Positions 9,801 through 18,652 of a stretch of 64,000 bases of DNA are shown here, one piece after another. The DNA is taken from NCBI GenBank assembly GCA_965261835.1, contig OZ253478.1, positions 2,617,733-2,681,732 of the forward strand, written 5' to 3'. Every line of letters begins with the position of its first letter. Positions within the stretch are counted from its first letter, which is position 1. The position numbers and the translations under genes are program-made. The notes under the pieces were generated by a model. That model saw nothing but the letters and a program-made list of their open reading frames with translations. It had not been told where the DNA came from and did not search any database. The DNA comes from Dehalococcoidia bacterium. GTDB taxonomy: Bacteria; Chloroflexota; Dehalococcoidia; SHYD01.

Positions 9801-12008
9801 CTGTGGCTACACGAACAGGAGGTCGTCCGGCTGAATAAGGGTCTGGCCGTGTTCCGCCCCGCCATGACCATCCATCTGAGGCCGGAACAGCGCGGCTTCG
9901 CCCAGGCCGACTTTGCATCCCTTAAGATCCACTACGACGAACAGGTGCTGCAGATTCACGTGATGGCGGAATTCGTACAGCAGGGCCTTAGAGCCATGGC
10001 CGGCGCCCTGCGTTTGGCTGCAGACTATTTCAGCCTTCGCCGAGAAGACTTTCTGCACCGCTGGCTACGGGATCGAGACAGCGAACTCTCGCGTCAAACC
10101 ACGCCGGAATCGTGGCAGACCATCGTCGAAAGCCTGAAGAACCCCATCCAGCGACGAATCGTGGCGGATGACCGGGAGCAGACGAATGTCCTGGTGCTCG
10201 CAGGCCCCGGCTCCGGCAAGACCCGCGTGCTGGTACATCGCATCGCCTATCTGATTCGCGCAAAGCGTGAGAACCCGCGCGGCATCGTGGCTCTAGCCTA
10301 CAACCGGCACGCCGCGGTGGAGATCCGCCGCCGCATATCAGAGCTCATTGGCGACGACGCCCGCAGAGTGATTGTGCTCACCTGCCACGCGCTCGCCATG
10401 CGACTGGTCGGCACCAGTTTCACGGGGCGTGCGAATCGTCTGGAGGAGGGGGATTTCCAGGAAGTACTCCGGCAGGCTTCGGCCCTATTGCACGGGGAAG
10501 GACTGCCGCCCGACGAAGTAGACGAGTATCGGGCACGTCTGCTGGCAGGTTTCCGCTGGATATTGGTGGACGAGTACCAGGACATTGGCCCGGATCAGTA
10601 CGAATTGATTTCCGCCCTGGCAGGCAGAACCCTTGCCGACGAGGACGACAAGCCCAGCCTCTTTGCAGTGGGGGACGACGATCAGAACATCTATGCCTTC
10701 AGTGGCTCGTCGGTGGAGTTTATCCACCGTTTCGAGACGGACTACGGAGCCAAGCCCGCCTTCCTAACCGACAACTATCGTTCCACCGGTCACATCATCG
10801 CGGCCGCCAATGCGGTGATGCACCCGGCCCGGCAACGGATGAAGACCGGGCATCCAATTCACGTCGACCGGGCACGCGAGAAGGAATCGCCTGGCGGTGC
10901 ATGGACTGAACGGGACCCGGTCGCCCGCGGTCGAGTCCAGATACTCCCGGCTGGCGACACCCCTATCTCCCAAGCGCAGGCGGTCGTCGCTGAGTTGAAG
11001 CGGTTGTCCGATCTCACGTCCGACTGGAACTGGTCCGCTTGCGCGGTGGTGGCGCGCGAATGGAGCTACCTGGATCCGGTGCGCAGCCTCTGCGAGCTTG
11101 AGGGGATTCCGGTGCAGCTGGCGAGCGAAGAGCTCTCGAGCGTCTGGCATCTACGGGAGACTCAAGCGCTTTTGAACTGGCTACGCGGGCGCAACTCCAA
11201 GTTGGTTAAGAATGCGGACCTGCACGACTGGGTAGTCAATCAACCCTCAGGCCCTTGGATCGAACTGCTGATGGAAGCCATAACCGAGTACGGCGAGGAG
11301 ACCAGTGGCGCGGAAACATCGGTGGAGCACTTCATCGAATGGCTGGCCGAGTGGGGAAGGGACGTGCGTCGCCGCCAACGCGGGCTGCTGCTGCTGACCG
11401 CCCATCGCGCCAAGGGCTTGGAGTTCGACCACGTGGTTGTGCTGGACGGAGGCTGGGATCGCGTTGGCAGTGGCGAGGATGCGGGGGCCCCGCGCCGGTT
11501 GTACTACGTGGCCATGACCCGCGCACGGCAGACCCTCGCCCTCGCGCGCTTTCCAAGGTCGCACCCACTCCAGAATGCGTTGTCGGACACTTCCTCGGTG
11601 CTGCGCCGCCGGGATCCCGTAAAACTCCCACCGGCAGCGCCGGAGCTCGCCCGCCGCTATCGGCGGCTCAGCCTGCGCGACGTCTTTCTGAGCTTCGCAG
11701 GGTACCAACGCCCTAGCGATCCGGTGCATCGCGCCATTGCCGCGCTCTCGCCCGGCGATCTGCTACAGGCGCGGGTCCAGTCGAATCGCCGGTCGAATCG
11801 CTGGGAGCTTCTGAACCGCGACGGGATGGTCGTAGGACGACTTGCTGGTGATTTCGAGGCTCCTGCCGGCATGCGCTGCACGTTTGCCACGGTCTCGGCC
11901 ATCGCCACCTGGAACCGCGAGAGTTCGGATCCGCAGTACCTAGACCGCCTTAAATGCGATACCTGGGAAGTGGTGGTCCCGGAGCTGGTGTTCGAGCCCG
12001 AGTCGTAA
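6822..12008 (+). CDS. Large fusion of DEDD-like exonuclease, RecQ SF2 helicase and UvrD/Rep SF1 helicase
   Basis: DLEV and GHNLIDFD; [31 protein letters not shown]; [41 protein letters not shown]. True start may be GTG near 6886. Confidence 0.88.
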   Translation: MLSKDTTTNLTYGPGTKEFTLVSDDSSPLLLRCLSLDLEVGVRDPRIHAFAGVRPDTGQSLIFPAAGDGLAAALGKLDDLSDGADFLLGHNLIDFDVPQLQAVNPGLRLLRLPAVDTLRLNPLAFPRNPYHHLVKHYQDGQLKRGRINDPELDARLTLEVFGNQQKALSDASSDLLTAWHWLTTADKGAGFDRVFASLRHSRRPSNAEAYDAIATRLAGNSCQARAREAIADAARHRWALAYALAWLSVAGGNSVMPPWVRHQFPEAGQLVRRLRDTACADTACGWCRERHDARKELARWFGFANFRAEPADEAGRPLQQSIVEAAMAGEHVLAILPTGAGKSLCYQIPALSRYDKTGALTVVISPLVALMSDQVAGLEARGIGSCVTINGNLSMPERSDALDRVRLGDAGILIISPEQLRSVSVRRALAQREIGAWVLDEAHCLSKWGHDFRPDYRYVGRFIRKTAGKDPAPPVLCLTATAKPDVKAEIVAYFQQELGIKLKVFDGGAQRTNLEFVVAQTSNGEKFAHIHQVLMADLPQDEPGGAIVYCATRRETEEVAEFLQAKETKADYFHAGLPPETKKNVQQSFIRGDLQVMVATNAFGMGIDKPDVRLVIHADIPSSLENYLQEAGRAGRDQRTARCVLFYTLDDVERQFGMSARSRLTRREIHGILKALRNLDRKKRLGGQVEATAGEILGEDEDKAFGRDSATDDTRVRTAVAWLEEAALLTREENRVQLFPSSLRVGSTDEARDKIEKAPIAKGYGRQLLTISETLIGADADEGISTDELMAAAGLTSEGVRGALYDLERLGIASNDTVLTAFVHTGVERASRRRLEEAEALERSLIALLRETAPDMAKGDTSTLHLRLATQRLKDNGHSYALPERLWRIVRSIAADGRGEGGSGGSLGVRQLDRETVQVTLQREWEALEMTAEMRRAGARRLLDHLLACLPPRSRGTDLLAETTLGKLLKAIEADLILRSQVRDPAKLMDRALLWLHEQEVVRLNKGLAVFRPAMTIHLRPEQRGFAQADFASLKIHYDEQVLQIHVMAEFVQQGLRAMAGALRLAADYFSLRREDFLHRWLRDRDSELSRQTTPESWQTIVESLKNPIQRRIVADDREQTNVLVLAGPGSGKTRVLVHRIAYLIRAKRENPRGIVALAYNRHAAVEIRRRISELIGDDARRVIVLTCHALAMRLVGTSFTGRANRLEEGDFQEVLRQASALLHGEGLPPDEVDEYRARLLAGFRWILVDEYQDIGPDQYELISALAGRTLADEDDKPSLFAVGDDDQNIYAFSGSSVEFIHRFETDYGAKPAFLTDNYRSTGHIIAAANAVMHPARQRMKTGHPIHVDRAREKESPGGAWTERDPVARGRVQILPAGDTPISQAQAVVAELKRLSDLTSDWNWSACAVVAREWSYLDPVRSLCELEGIPVQLASEELSSVWHLRETQALLNWLRGRNSKLVKNADLHDWVVNQPSGPWIELLMEAITEYGEETSGAETSVEHFIEWLAEWGRDVRRRQRGLLLLTAHRAKGLEFDHVVVLDGGWDRVGSGEDAGAPRRLYYVAMTRARQTLALARFPRSHPLQNALSDTSSVLRRRDPVKLPPAAPELARRYRRLSLRDVFLSFAGYQRPSDPVHRAIAALSPGDLLQARVQSNRRSNRWELLNRDGMVVGRLAGDFEAPAGMRCTFATVSAIATWNRESSDPQYLDRLKCDTWEVVVPELVFEPES

Positions 12009-12095
12009 CCCCTCCGGCAAGGGAGCACGCCCACATGCCGGTTCACCCACCCATTCCGGTTGCAGGCTGGCGGCTTGGCTGCGCTGCACCCGCTC

Positions 12096-12241
12096 GCAGC
12101 TCGCCGCACTGCGCGCCGCCCGCGGCCACAGCGTCAGCGTCACGATAGCGCGTCGGGAGCTGCGGGCGTGGCTGCGCGGGTCAGCCGCGGGCGCGCGGGT
12201 GGAGGCAGGGGTGGGGCGGCTGCTGGGTGGCGGGTAGGGGA
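12096..12241 (+). repeat. Copy 3 of the RM gene 3' end (gene fragment with TAG stop)
   Basis: 12130-12241 differs from 5458-5569 at 3 synonymous positions; 12096-12129 encodes QLAALRAARGH with recoded third positions. Confidence 0.95.
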
Positions 12242-12329
12242 AAGACGACAGATAGCGATTATTGATGATATGTATTGGTAAGATACAGAAAGCGAATGCG
12301 CGTTGCGTTCCCGATAGGAGGTGTGAGCT

Positions 12330-12503
12330 ATGGCAAGAGTAGCCCCTTTTCATTCATCTAATCCCACCGACCCAGATGTTTATCACGAATGCTCAAATTG
12401 TCCACCAGGAAAACAAATCCCGCCCGGTAACAAGCGATCGGGCACAGGTGGCCAGCGCCGTTGCCTAGTGTGCGACAACTTGATTAGCAGCGGTGGTTGC
12501 TGA
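12330..12503 (+). CDS. Small Cys/His-rich protein (57 aa), missed by the ORF track
   Basis: AGGAGGTG RBS; MARVAPFHSSNPTDPDVYHECSNCPPGKQIPPGNKRSGTGGQRRCLVCDNLISSGGC. Confidence 0.75.
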   Translation: MARVAPFHSSNPTDPDVYHECSNCPPGKQIPPGNKRSGTGGQRRCLVCDNLISSGGC

Positions 12504-12538
12504 ACCAGGACCTTACGTCCGCAACAAGGGGAGGGGAG

Positions 12539-13762
12539 CTATGGTGAATCGTCCCCTCCACTGACTTGGGGGTCTTCCGTGCCTTCGCCGAAAATGCTGA
12601 CGTACGCATCGTAGCTAAAAAGGCGATTGCGCCTTCGCCCGGTAAGTTCCTTCAGAATACCAACGTTAACGAGGCGTGTGACGAGACCATTGGCAGCAGC
12701 ATAGCTGGTTCCGGTTATCTGCTGCACGCTGGCAACCGATAGATAAGGCTGTTGGTAGAGGCTTTCGAGAACGCGGTGGCCGTTGGCAGCAGCCTGGCCG
12801 AGGTGGTTGGTAACGGCCGTTCGGTGTTGTTCCCGAAGCGCAACGATGCGCCGGGCGGTCTTGGTGGCTTCCTCGCTCACTTCAGCCACGCCGCGGAGAA
12901 AGAACTTGAGCCAGCCCTCCCAATCGCCATGGTCCCGCACGGCTTGCAGGCGGTCGTAATATGACTGCCGTCGGCTCCTGAAATAGTGCGACAGGTACAG
13001 CACTGGCTTGCTCAGGATGCCCCATTCGGTCAGCAGGAAGGTGATGAGCAGCCTCCCTATGCGCCCGTTTCCGTCGAGGAAGGGGTGGATCGTCTCGAAC
13101 TGGGCATGGGCCAATCCAGTGCGCACGACGGCTGGAAGGGAATCGCTTTTGTGCAGAAAGGCTTCTAGTTCTCCCAGGACCCGGGGCACCTCCTGGGGTG
13201 GCGGGGGCACAAAATCGGCTTCGTTAAGCCCGCTGCCTGCAGCGCCAATCCAGTTCTGGCTGGTTCGCAGCTCCCCCGGCGTTAGCTGTGCGCCCCGGAC
13301 ACCTCGAAGCAACCGGGCGTGGATCTCCCTGATGAGACGAATGGATAGCGGCAGGTCATGTAGCCGCTCGAGTCCGTAGTTCATCGCAGATACGTAATTG
13401 ATCACCTCATACACGTCACGAGGACGGCCCGGCGTGCGAATCTGTGCCTCGGCGGCCAGCACGTCCTGGAGCGAGCTCTGCGTGCCTTCGATCTGGCTGG
13501 AGAGCACGGCTTCCTTCCGCACGTACATGAACACGAAGAGGTCAGGGTCGGGCAAGGTCTGGATGGAACCATCTAGGCGGCCCAAGGCGCTATCGGCGTT
13601 TGATAACAAGACCTGAAGCTCGCCGGTCAAATCCAGCGGTGGTTCCGGTGGAAGCCGGGCCGGGATAAAGGCGCGGTAGCCGGTTGGTTGGGGCAAGTAC
13701 TGCCCGGCTCGCCCAGAAGCGCGCGGGTGGTCTCGGGGAGGTTGAGTGTGCCCACTAACCAT
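12539..13762 (-). CDS. Fic family protein with N-terminal inhibitory motif and C-terminal HTH-like region
   Basis: HPFLDGNGRIGR catalytic loop; SSQIEG inhibitory motif. Confidence 0.92.
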   Translation of the reverse strand: MVSGHTQPPRDHPRASGRAGQYLPQPTGYRAFIPARLPPEPPLDLTGELQVLLSNADSALGRLDGSIQTLPDPDLFVFMYVRKEAVLSSQIEGTQSSLQDVLAAEAQIRTPGRPRDVYEVINYVSAMNYGLERLHDLPLSIRLIREIHARLLRGVRGAQLTPGELRTSQNWIGAAGSGLNEADFVPPPPQEVPRVLGELEAFLHKSDSLPAVVRTGLAHAQFETIHPFLDGNGRIGRLLITFLLTEWGILSKPVLYLSHYFRSRRQSYYDRLQAVRDHGDWEGWLKFFLRGVAEVSEEATKTARRIVALREQHRTAVTNHLGQAAANGHRVLESLYQQPYLSVASVQQITGTSYAAANGLVTRLVNVGILKELTGRRRNRLFSYDAYVSIFGEGTEDPQVSGGDDSP

Positions 13763-13768
13763 GGAAGG

Positions 13769-14027
13769 TCCAATATGGCGGGAGTCCGCCTCTATAGTAT
13801 AGTCTGCCTATAGTATAGAGCGAGATTGCCGCCATATGCAAGGCTGGCTATAATATGGCGAGATCTCCGCTCCATAGTATAGTTTGTCTATAGTATGGAG
13901 CGCCGTGGCCGCCATATGTAAGGCAGGCTACACTATGGCGAGATGCCCGCCCCATATTAAAGTCTGCCTTTACTATGGAGCGCTTTTGCCGCCATATGTA
14001 AGGCGGGCTTCAACATAGGAAGGATGG
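13769..14027. repeat. 40-bp-period array of six 31-bp imperfect palindromes (12-7-12) plus a leading half-site
   Basis: Sites start at 13790, 13830, 13870, 13910, 13950 and 13990; arms CKCCATA.. / ..TATGGMG; 9-bp linkers. Confidence 0.95.
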
Positions 14028-14033
14028 CCGGGG

Positions 14034-14762
14034 CTAGCGGCGGTAGTCCACCACCCGGAAGGTCTCAACCAGCCCGTGCTCCATGCCTTCGGGCAGCGCG
14101 CCCATGAAGCGGCGGGACATGGTCTTCATGCGTTCGGTGAACTCTTCCACCGAGCGATCGCCCACCTGGCTCTGGTGGCAGCGCAGCGCCTGTATCTTCA
14201 GATCGAAGGTGTCGCTGATATCCATGAACACATCGGGCTCCTCCGGGCCGGACACAAAGACCTGGCCGGTCTTGTGCGACTCCAGCCCCTCGGCCTCGTG
14301 CTCCGGGTAGGTGAGCCGGTCCCGTGCATAGGGGAACACCGCATCCATGGCCATGATCGCCGCCATGCGGTGGTCCCGGTGCTGGCGGTAGCGGCGGTAG
14401 GGGTCCATGGTGATGACAATGTCGGGCTTGAGGGTGCGGATGTAGCGGACGACTTGGCCGCGGCCCTCCTTGGTGTCCTCAACGCCGCCGTCAGGATGGC
14501 CCAGGAAAAAGACGTCCTTCACGCCGAGCGTGGCGGCCGCGGCCCGCTGCTCCGCCTCCCTGGTCTGGGCTAGGCGCTCCGGCGTCATCTGCGGGTCTTC
14601 GGTGCCCTTATCGCCGCGGGTGAACAGCACGTAGTAGATCTCCTTGCCCTCTTGGGCCCACTTACCAATGGTGCCGCCCGCGGAGAACTCGGCGTCGTCA
14701 GGATGGGCCATCACCAGCATGACGCGTTGGGCCCAGGCGCCGGGCAGTTCGTTTTCAGCCAT
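14034..14762 (-). CDS. PIG-L/LmbE family N-acetylglucosaminyl deacetylase (MshB/BshB-like)
   Basis: AHPDDAE and HRDH motifs; start overlaps the upstream GT stop. Confidence 0.88.
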   Translation of the reverse strand: MAENELPGAWAQRVMLVMAHPDDAEFSAGGTIGKWAQEGKEIYYVLFTRGDKGTEDPQMTPERLAQTREAEQRAAAATLGVKDVFFLGHPDGGVEDTKEGRGQVVRYIRTLKPDIVITMDPYRRYRQHRDHRMAAIMAMDAVFPYARDRLTYPEHEAEGLESHKTGQVFVSGPEEPDVFMDISDTFDLKIQALRCHQSQVGDRSVEEFTERMKTMSRRFMGALPEGMEHGLVETFRVVDYRR

Positions 14763-15993
14763 GTGCAACCTCCGAGAATGTGGGTTGAGCGCGGAGTTCA
14801 TCATAAAGCTCAAGTATCCGGTCGGCCACGGCGGGCCAGCGATAGGCCTGGGCGGCGACTCGCCCCGCCGCGCCCAGATGCTGACGCAAGGTCTCGTTGT
14901 CCAGCAGGAGCTCCAACCGCTCGGCAAACGGCTCCGGGCAGTGCCAGGGCACCAGGTAGCCGGTCTCACCGTCCCGCACGGTGCTCTGGAGGCCGCCCAC
15001 GCGTGACGCCACGACGGGGGTAGCGCAGGCCATGGCTTCCAGCGCCACCAGTCCGAAGCTCTCGTAATAGGACGGGATGACGCAGACGTCGGCGGCGTTG
15101 TAATAGAGCGGGAGCTGCGATTGGGTCACGCTGCCCATGAAGCTGATGTTGCGGTCCATGTCCAGGGTCTGGGCCAGCGACATCGCTTCTTCGAAAGGCG
15201 CGGCGTGCTCTAGCTCGCCGCCGACCACCAGCACCCGCACGCCTTCCGGCTGTTCGAGCTGCGAGGCGGCGTTGATAAGAATATTCAGGCCTTTTAGAGG
15301 GTCCGGCCGCCCCACGAAGAGCAGGATCTTCTCGCCGTTCAGCCCCAAGCGCTGGCGGGTGCTCCGCATGTCCAGCGGGCGGAAGATGTCGAGGTCCACC
15401 CCGCAGGGGATAACCCGCACCTTGCGCTCCATTCCGGGGTACAGGCGCATCATCCGTTCACCCTCTTGGGGCGACGCCACCACAATGGCGTCGGCGCCGC
15501 GCATGACCTTCAGCTCGGTGCGGATGCGGAGCGAGCTCTCATGCTCACCGGCGCGGGCCTGGTTCTTGACGGCGCCCATGGTGTGGAACATGGTCACGTG
15601 GGGCACGCGCCAACGGCGGCGGAGGAAGGCGCCGACCCAGCCGGAGAGCCAGTAGTGCGAGTGGATCGCGTCGTAAGTAAGGCCCTCCCGCTGCTGGAAG
15701 GCCAGCAGGCTGCTCAGGAACTCCGGCAGGTGGGGGTAGATGTCATCCTTGGTGAGGAACTCCCGGTTGCCCGCCTTCAGATGGATAACGCGAACGTTGT
15801 GATGGGGGGTGGTTATCTCAGGGTCGCCGGGGTTGTGCCAGCGCGAGAAGACGTCGACCTGGATCCCGCGCCGGGCCATCTCTGCGCTGAGCATGCCGAT
15901 GTAGACGTTCATGCCGCCCGCCTCCTTGTTGCCCGGCGGGAGCAAGGGGCAGCCGTGGACGCTGATAACGGCGATGCGCTGCGGTTGGTTCAT
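14755..15993 (-). CDS. MshA-like GT4 glycosyltransferase
   Basis: SVHGCPL...AGGMNVY, HSHYWLSG, ESFGLVALEA. Confidence 0.85.
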   Translation of the reverse strand: MNQPQRIAVISVHGCPLLPPGNKEAGGMNVYIGMLSAEMARRGIQVDVFSRWHNPGDPEITTPHHNVRVIHLKAGNREFLTKDDIYPHLPEFLSSLLAFQQREGLTYDAIHSHYWLSGWVGAFLRRRWRVPHVTMFHTMGAVKNQARAGEHESSLRIRTELKVMRGADAIVVASPQEGERMMRLYPGMERKVRVIPCGVDLDIFRPLDMRSTRQRLGLNGEKILLFVGRPDPLKGLNILINAASQLEQPEGVRVLVVGGELEHAAPFEEAMSLAQTLDMDRNISFMGSVTQSQLPLYYNAADVCVIPSYYESFGLVALEAMACATPVVASRVGGLQSTVRDGETGYLVPWHCPEPFAERLELLLDNETLRQHLGAAGRVAAQAYRWPAVADRILELYDELRAQPTFSEVAHG

Positions 15994-16970
15994 GAGCGAG
16001 TGATAGTGCAGTGATAGATCGGATAATCGACGCCGCCGAGGTCGTACTTGTAGGGTTCGTTGCCCCGCAGGAAGTCGAAGCGGCGCATGCCCTGGTCGAT
16101 GGCGTCACGGATGGCGTAAGCCTTTAGCAGCAACCCCACGCTGAGGGGCGCGTACGCGAAGTCGTAGCCGCTATTGTAGAGCAAGCGGTCGCCCTGATAG
16201 TCGAAGCAGAGTACGGCGGCGGCCCGCGCCCCATCGATCTCTAAGAACTGGAGCTTAGCCACGCCCCTTTTCACTTGGGCGTCCACCGCGGCGCGGAAGA
16301 AGCGCTCCATCTCCGGGGTCATGAAGTCCGCCTTCTCCTGCGCGCTGTTACGCATCAGGCGCAGAAAGTCATCTAGGTCACGGTCAAACGCGGCGGGGTC
16401 GGCAGCGGTGTAGTAGCAGACCTCACCGGCGCCCTCCAAGCGGCGGAGCTTGCGGCGGAGCTCATGGCGGTCCTTCTTGCTGAGACCGGCCAGGTAGCTG
16501 TCCCAGTCGCCCGGCAGATCCGCCCGGGGGCACACGTCTTCCTGCTCCTGGGTCAGGCAAAAGCCGCGCTGCTGGGCAATACTGCGCACGGCGGATAGGG
16601 TGGGCGAATCCCCGGGAATGCTATGGAGCACCGTAGTGCTCCATGACAGGGTCTCCAAATGGTCAAATACTGCGGACAGCCCGCCGGTACAGTGCTCCGC
16701 TGGCAGCACAAAGTCCAGGTAGTCGCACACGTCGGTGCTGCCCAGCAGCGACACCTGGCCGTCCATGATAGTGAGCGGGGCAATGCCTGCCACCACACCG
16801 TTCTGCTGTACCGCTAACAGCCGCATCTCCCGCTGGGTGCGGAAATGCTCCCACCAGATCTCTTGCCAGCGCGGCGTAACAAAGACGGTATTTGTGGCAC
16901 AGGAGGGCAATAATGCCTTCCAGCTATCTCGCAGGCTGTCGAAACTGCCCTCAATGACAGAGTAGGTCAC
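15990..16970 (-). CDS. GNAT-fold protein, Acetyltransf_6 (CelD/BcsL, FemAB-related)
   Basis: F.TP.W..W, DYLD, LSKKDRHELRRKLRRL, YNSGYD, FDFLRGNEPYK. Confidence 0.85.
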   Translation of the reverse strand: MTYSVIEGSFDSLRDSWKALLPSCATNTVFVTPRWQEIWWEHFRTQREMRLLAVQQNGVVAGIAPLTIMDGQVSLLGSTDVCDYLDFVLPAEHCTGGLSAVFDHLETLSWSTTVLHSIPGDSPTLSAVRSIAQQRGFCLTQEQEDVCPRADLPGDWDSYLAGLSKKDRHELRRKLRRLEGAGEVCYYTAADPAAFDRDLDDFLRLMRNSAQEKADFMTPEMERFFRAAVDAQVKRGVAKLQFLEIDGARAAAVLCFDYQGDRLLYNSGYDFAYAPLSVGLLLKAYAIRDAIDQGMRRFDFLRGNEPYKYDLGGVDYPIYHCTITRS

Positions 16971-17129
16971 CTATGCGTTCATCCCGCTGTGCTTAGCCGC
17001 CTTGCATAAAGGTGTGTACGGTGTGCAGGTGGGGAGCATAACAAAGGGCGGCGCCTGCCGTCCGCCCTTTTCCCTACTGCACACATGGACGCCGCGCCAA
17101 AACGCTTAACTTGATGGCGAGGCAGGCCA

Positions 17130-17159
17130 ATTGTAGCAGCGCCACAAAGCGACGGTCAA
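17130..17159 (-). promoter_or_regulatory. Sigma70-type promoter for the GNAT-GT-deacetylase operon
   Basis: Minus strand TTGACC-N18-TACAAT with TGn extension. Confidence 0.5.
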
Positions 17160-17320
17160 GGCGCAGCGGGCGCAGCGCCTGCTTCACGGAGCCCCAGATC
17201 TGACCCGCCAGTGCAGTTGTTCTGCCGCCCGTGCGCGCCTACAATCGTGAGCGAACGTGAGCGAAACGTGCGTGACAGCGTGCGAGACGCGACGGCAAAC
17301 AGCGATCGGGAGGGATAAGC

Positions 17321-18079
17321 GTGAACCTGTTCCAACTTGACGGAAAAACCGCGGTGGTGACCGGCGCGGCATCGGGTATCGGCAAAGCGCTAGCCATGGG
17401 GTTTGCCGAGGCCGGGGCCAGTCTGGTGCTGGCCGACCTCAACGAGGGGGGTTTGGCCGAGGCCGCGCGGGAGGTGGAGGCTTTAGGCCAGCCTGCGGCA
17501 GCCATTGTCTGCGATGTCACCAACGAAGGGGAGGTGGACGCTCTGATGGCGGCAGCGATCGAGCGTTTTGGGCGCATCGACGTGCTGCTGGCAGCGGCGG
17601 GTATCAACGCGCGCGCCGCTGCCGTGGACATGACCGCCGAAGACTACCGCCGCGTGCTGGAGGTGAACCTGGTGGGGGTGTTCTTGAGCGCACGGGCCGC
17701 GGGCCGCCGAATGATCGCACAGGGGAGCGGCAGCGTCATCAACATCAGCTCCATCATGGGCCACGTGGCCTCGGCCAACGTTCCGGCGTACACCTCATCC
17801 AAAGGGGGTGTGAGCCAGCTTACTCGCAGTTTGGCCTTGGAATGGGCGCAGCACAACGTGCGGGTAAACGCGCTCTGCCCCGGCTACATCCGCACGCCCT
17901 TCATTCAGCCGTTGCTGGACGACCCGGAGCGCGTCGCCTTCCTCATGGACCGAACGCCCATGAAGCGACTGGGCGAGACCCAAGACCTGATTGGCCCGGC
18001 GGTCTTCTTAGCCTCCGACGCATCGGCCTACGTCACCGGCACTTCGCTGTTTGTGGACGGCGGTTGGATGGCCTGGTAA
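17321..18079 (+). CDS. SDR oxidoreductase (KduD/gluconate 5-dehydrogenase-like)
   Basis: TGAASGIG, YTSSK, FVDGG. Confidence 0.9.
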   Translation: MNLFQLDGKTAVVTGAASGIGKALAMGFAEAGASLVLADLNEGGLAEAAREVEALGQPAAAIVCDVTNEGEVDALMAAAIERFGRIDVLLAAAGINARAAAVDMTAEDYRRVLEVNLVGVFLSARAAGRRMIAQGSGSVINISSIMGHVASANVPAYTSSKGGVSQLTRSLALEWAQHNVRVNALCPGYIRTPFIQPLLDDPERVAFLMDRTPMKRLGETQDLIGPAVFLASDASAYVTGTSLFVDGGWMAW

Positions 18080-18194
18080 ACCTGTTGACAGCGTTGTTGC
18101 GGTTCCCCATAATGTGCCAAACTACCCGAACCGACCGCAAATTGTGTCCGATTGTGATCACTTAGGGAAGAAACTATGGCTTAGGGAGGAAACT

Positions 18195-18638
18195 ATGGCC
18201 ATCAACGTCAAGGAGCTGCACCACCACGCAGTGCGCATCCCAAAAGCCAAAGCGGAAGAAGTCCAGCAGTTTTACGGCGAGGTGCTAGGGCTGGGTTCCG
18301 ACGCCCGCCGCCCCACAATTCCCGGCATTCCGGGCGCCTGGATGTACGTGGGAGAGCAGGGCCAACCCACTGCTCAGATCCATCTGATGGGGGTGGACGG
18401 CCGCTCGCCCGCCGCCCGGAACGACCACGAAGACCCCACGCGGTTCCATGTAGCCCTGGCGGTGGACGACATTGACGCGGCCTGCGCCGAACTGGACAGA
18501 ATGAGCGTGGAGTACTGGGTGCTACAGGGCATGGTAGGAACGAACTCGGTGCAAGTGTTCCTAGACGACCCTGCCGGCAATTTAATTGAGTTGCACCAAA
18601 CGGGCAGTTGCAGCTGCAACCGACTGGCCCTCAGCTAG
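18195..18638 (+). CDS. VOC/glyoxalase family protein
   Basis: LHHHAV, FYGEVLGL, HVALAV, DPAGNLIEL; GGAGG RBS. Confidence 0.85.
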   Translation: MAINVKELHHHAVRIPKAKAEEVQQFYGEVLGLGSDARRPTIPGIPGAWMYVGEQGQPTAQIHLMGVDGRSPAARNDHEDPTRFHVALAVDDIDAACAELDRMSVEYWVLQGMVGTNSVQVFLDDPAGNLIELHQTGSCSCNRLALS

Positions 18639-18652
18639 CGGAGTTCGCCACC

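Noticed and set aside
5448-12241. DGR template/variable repeat explanation for the RM 3' copies
   Set aside because: Differences are not adenine-specific, are essentially synonymous, and no reverse transcriptase is present.
13769-14027. CRISPR array interpretation
   Set aside because: Linkers are only 9 nt and resemble each other, repeats alternate between two types, and there are no cas genes.
14009-14035. Chromosomal dif site (TTCAACATAG resembles a XerD arm)
   Set aside because: No XerC-like arm at 6-bp spacing, and the orientation relative to the core is wrong.
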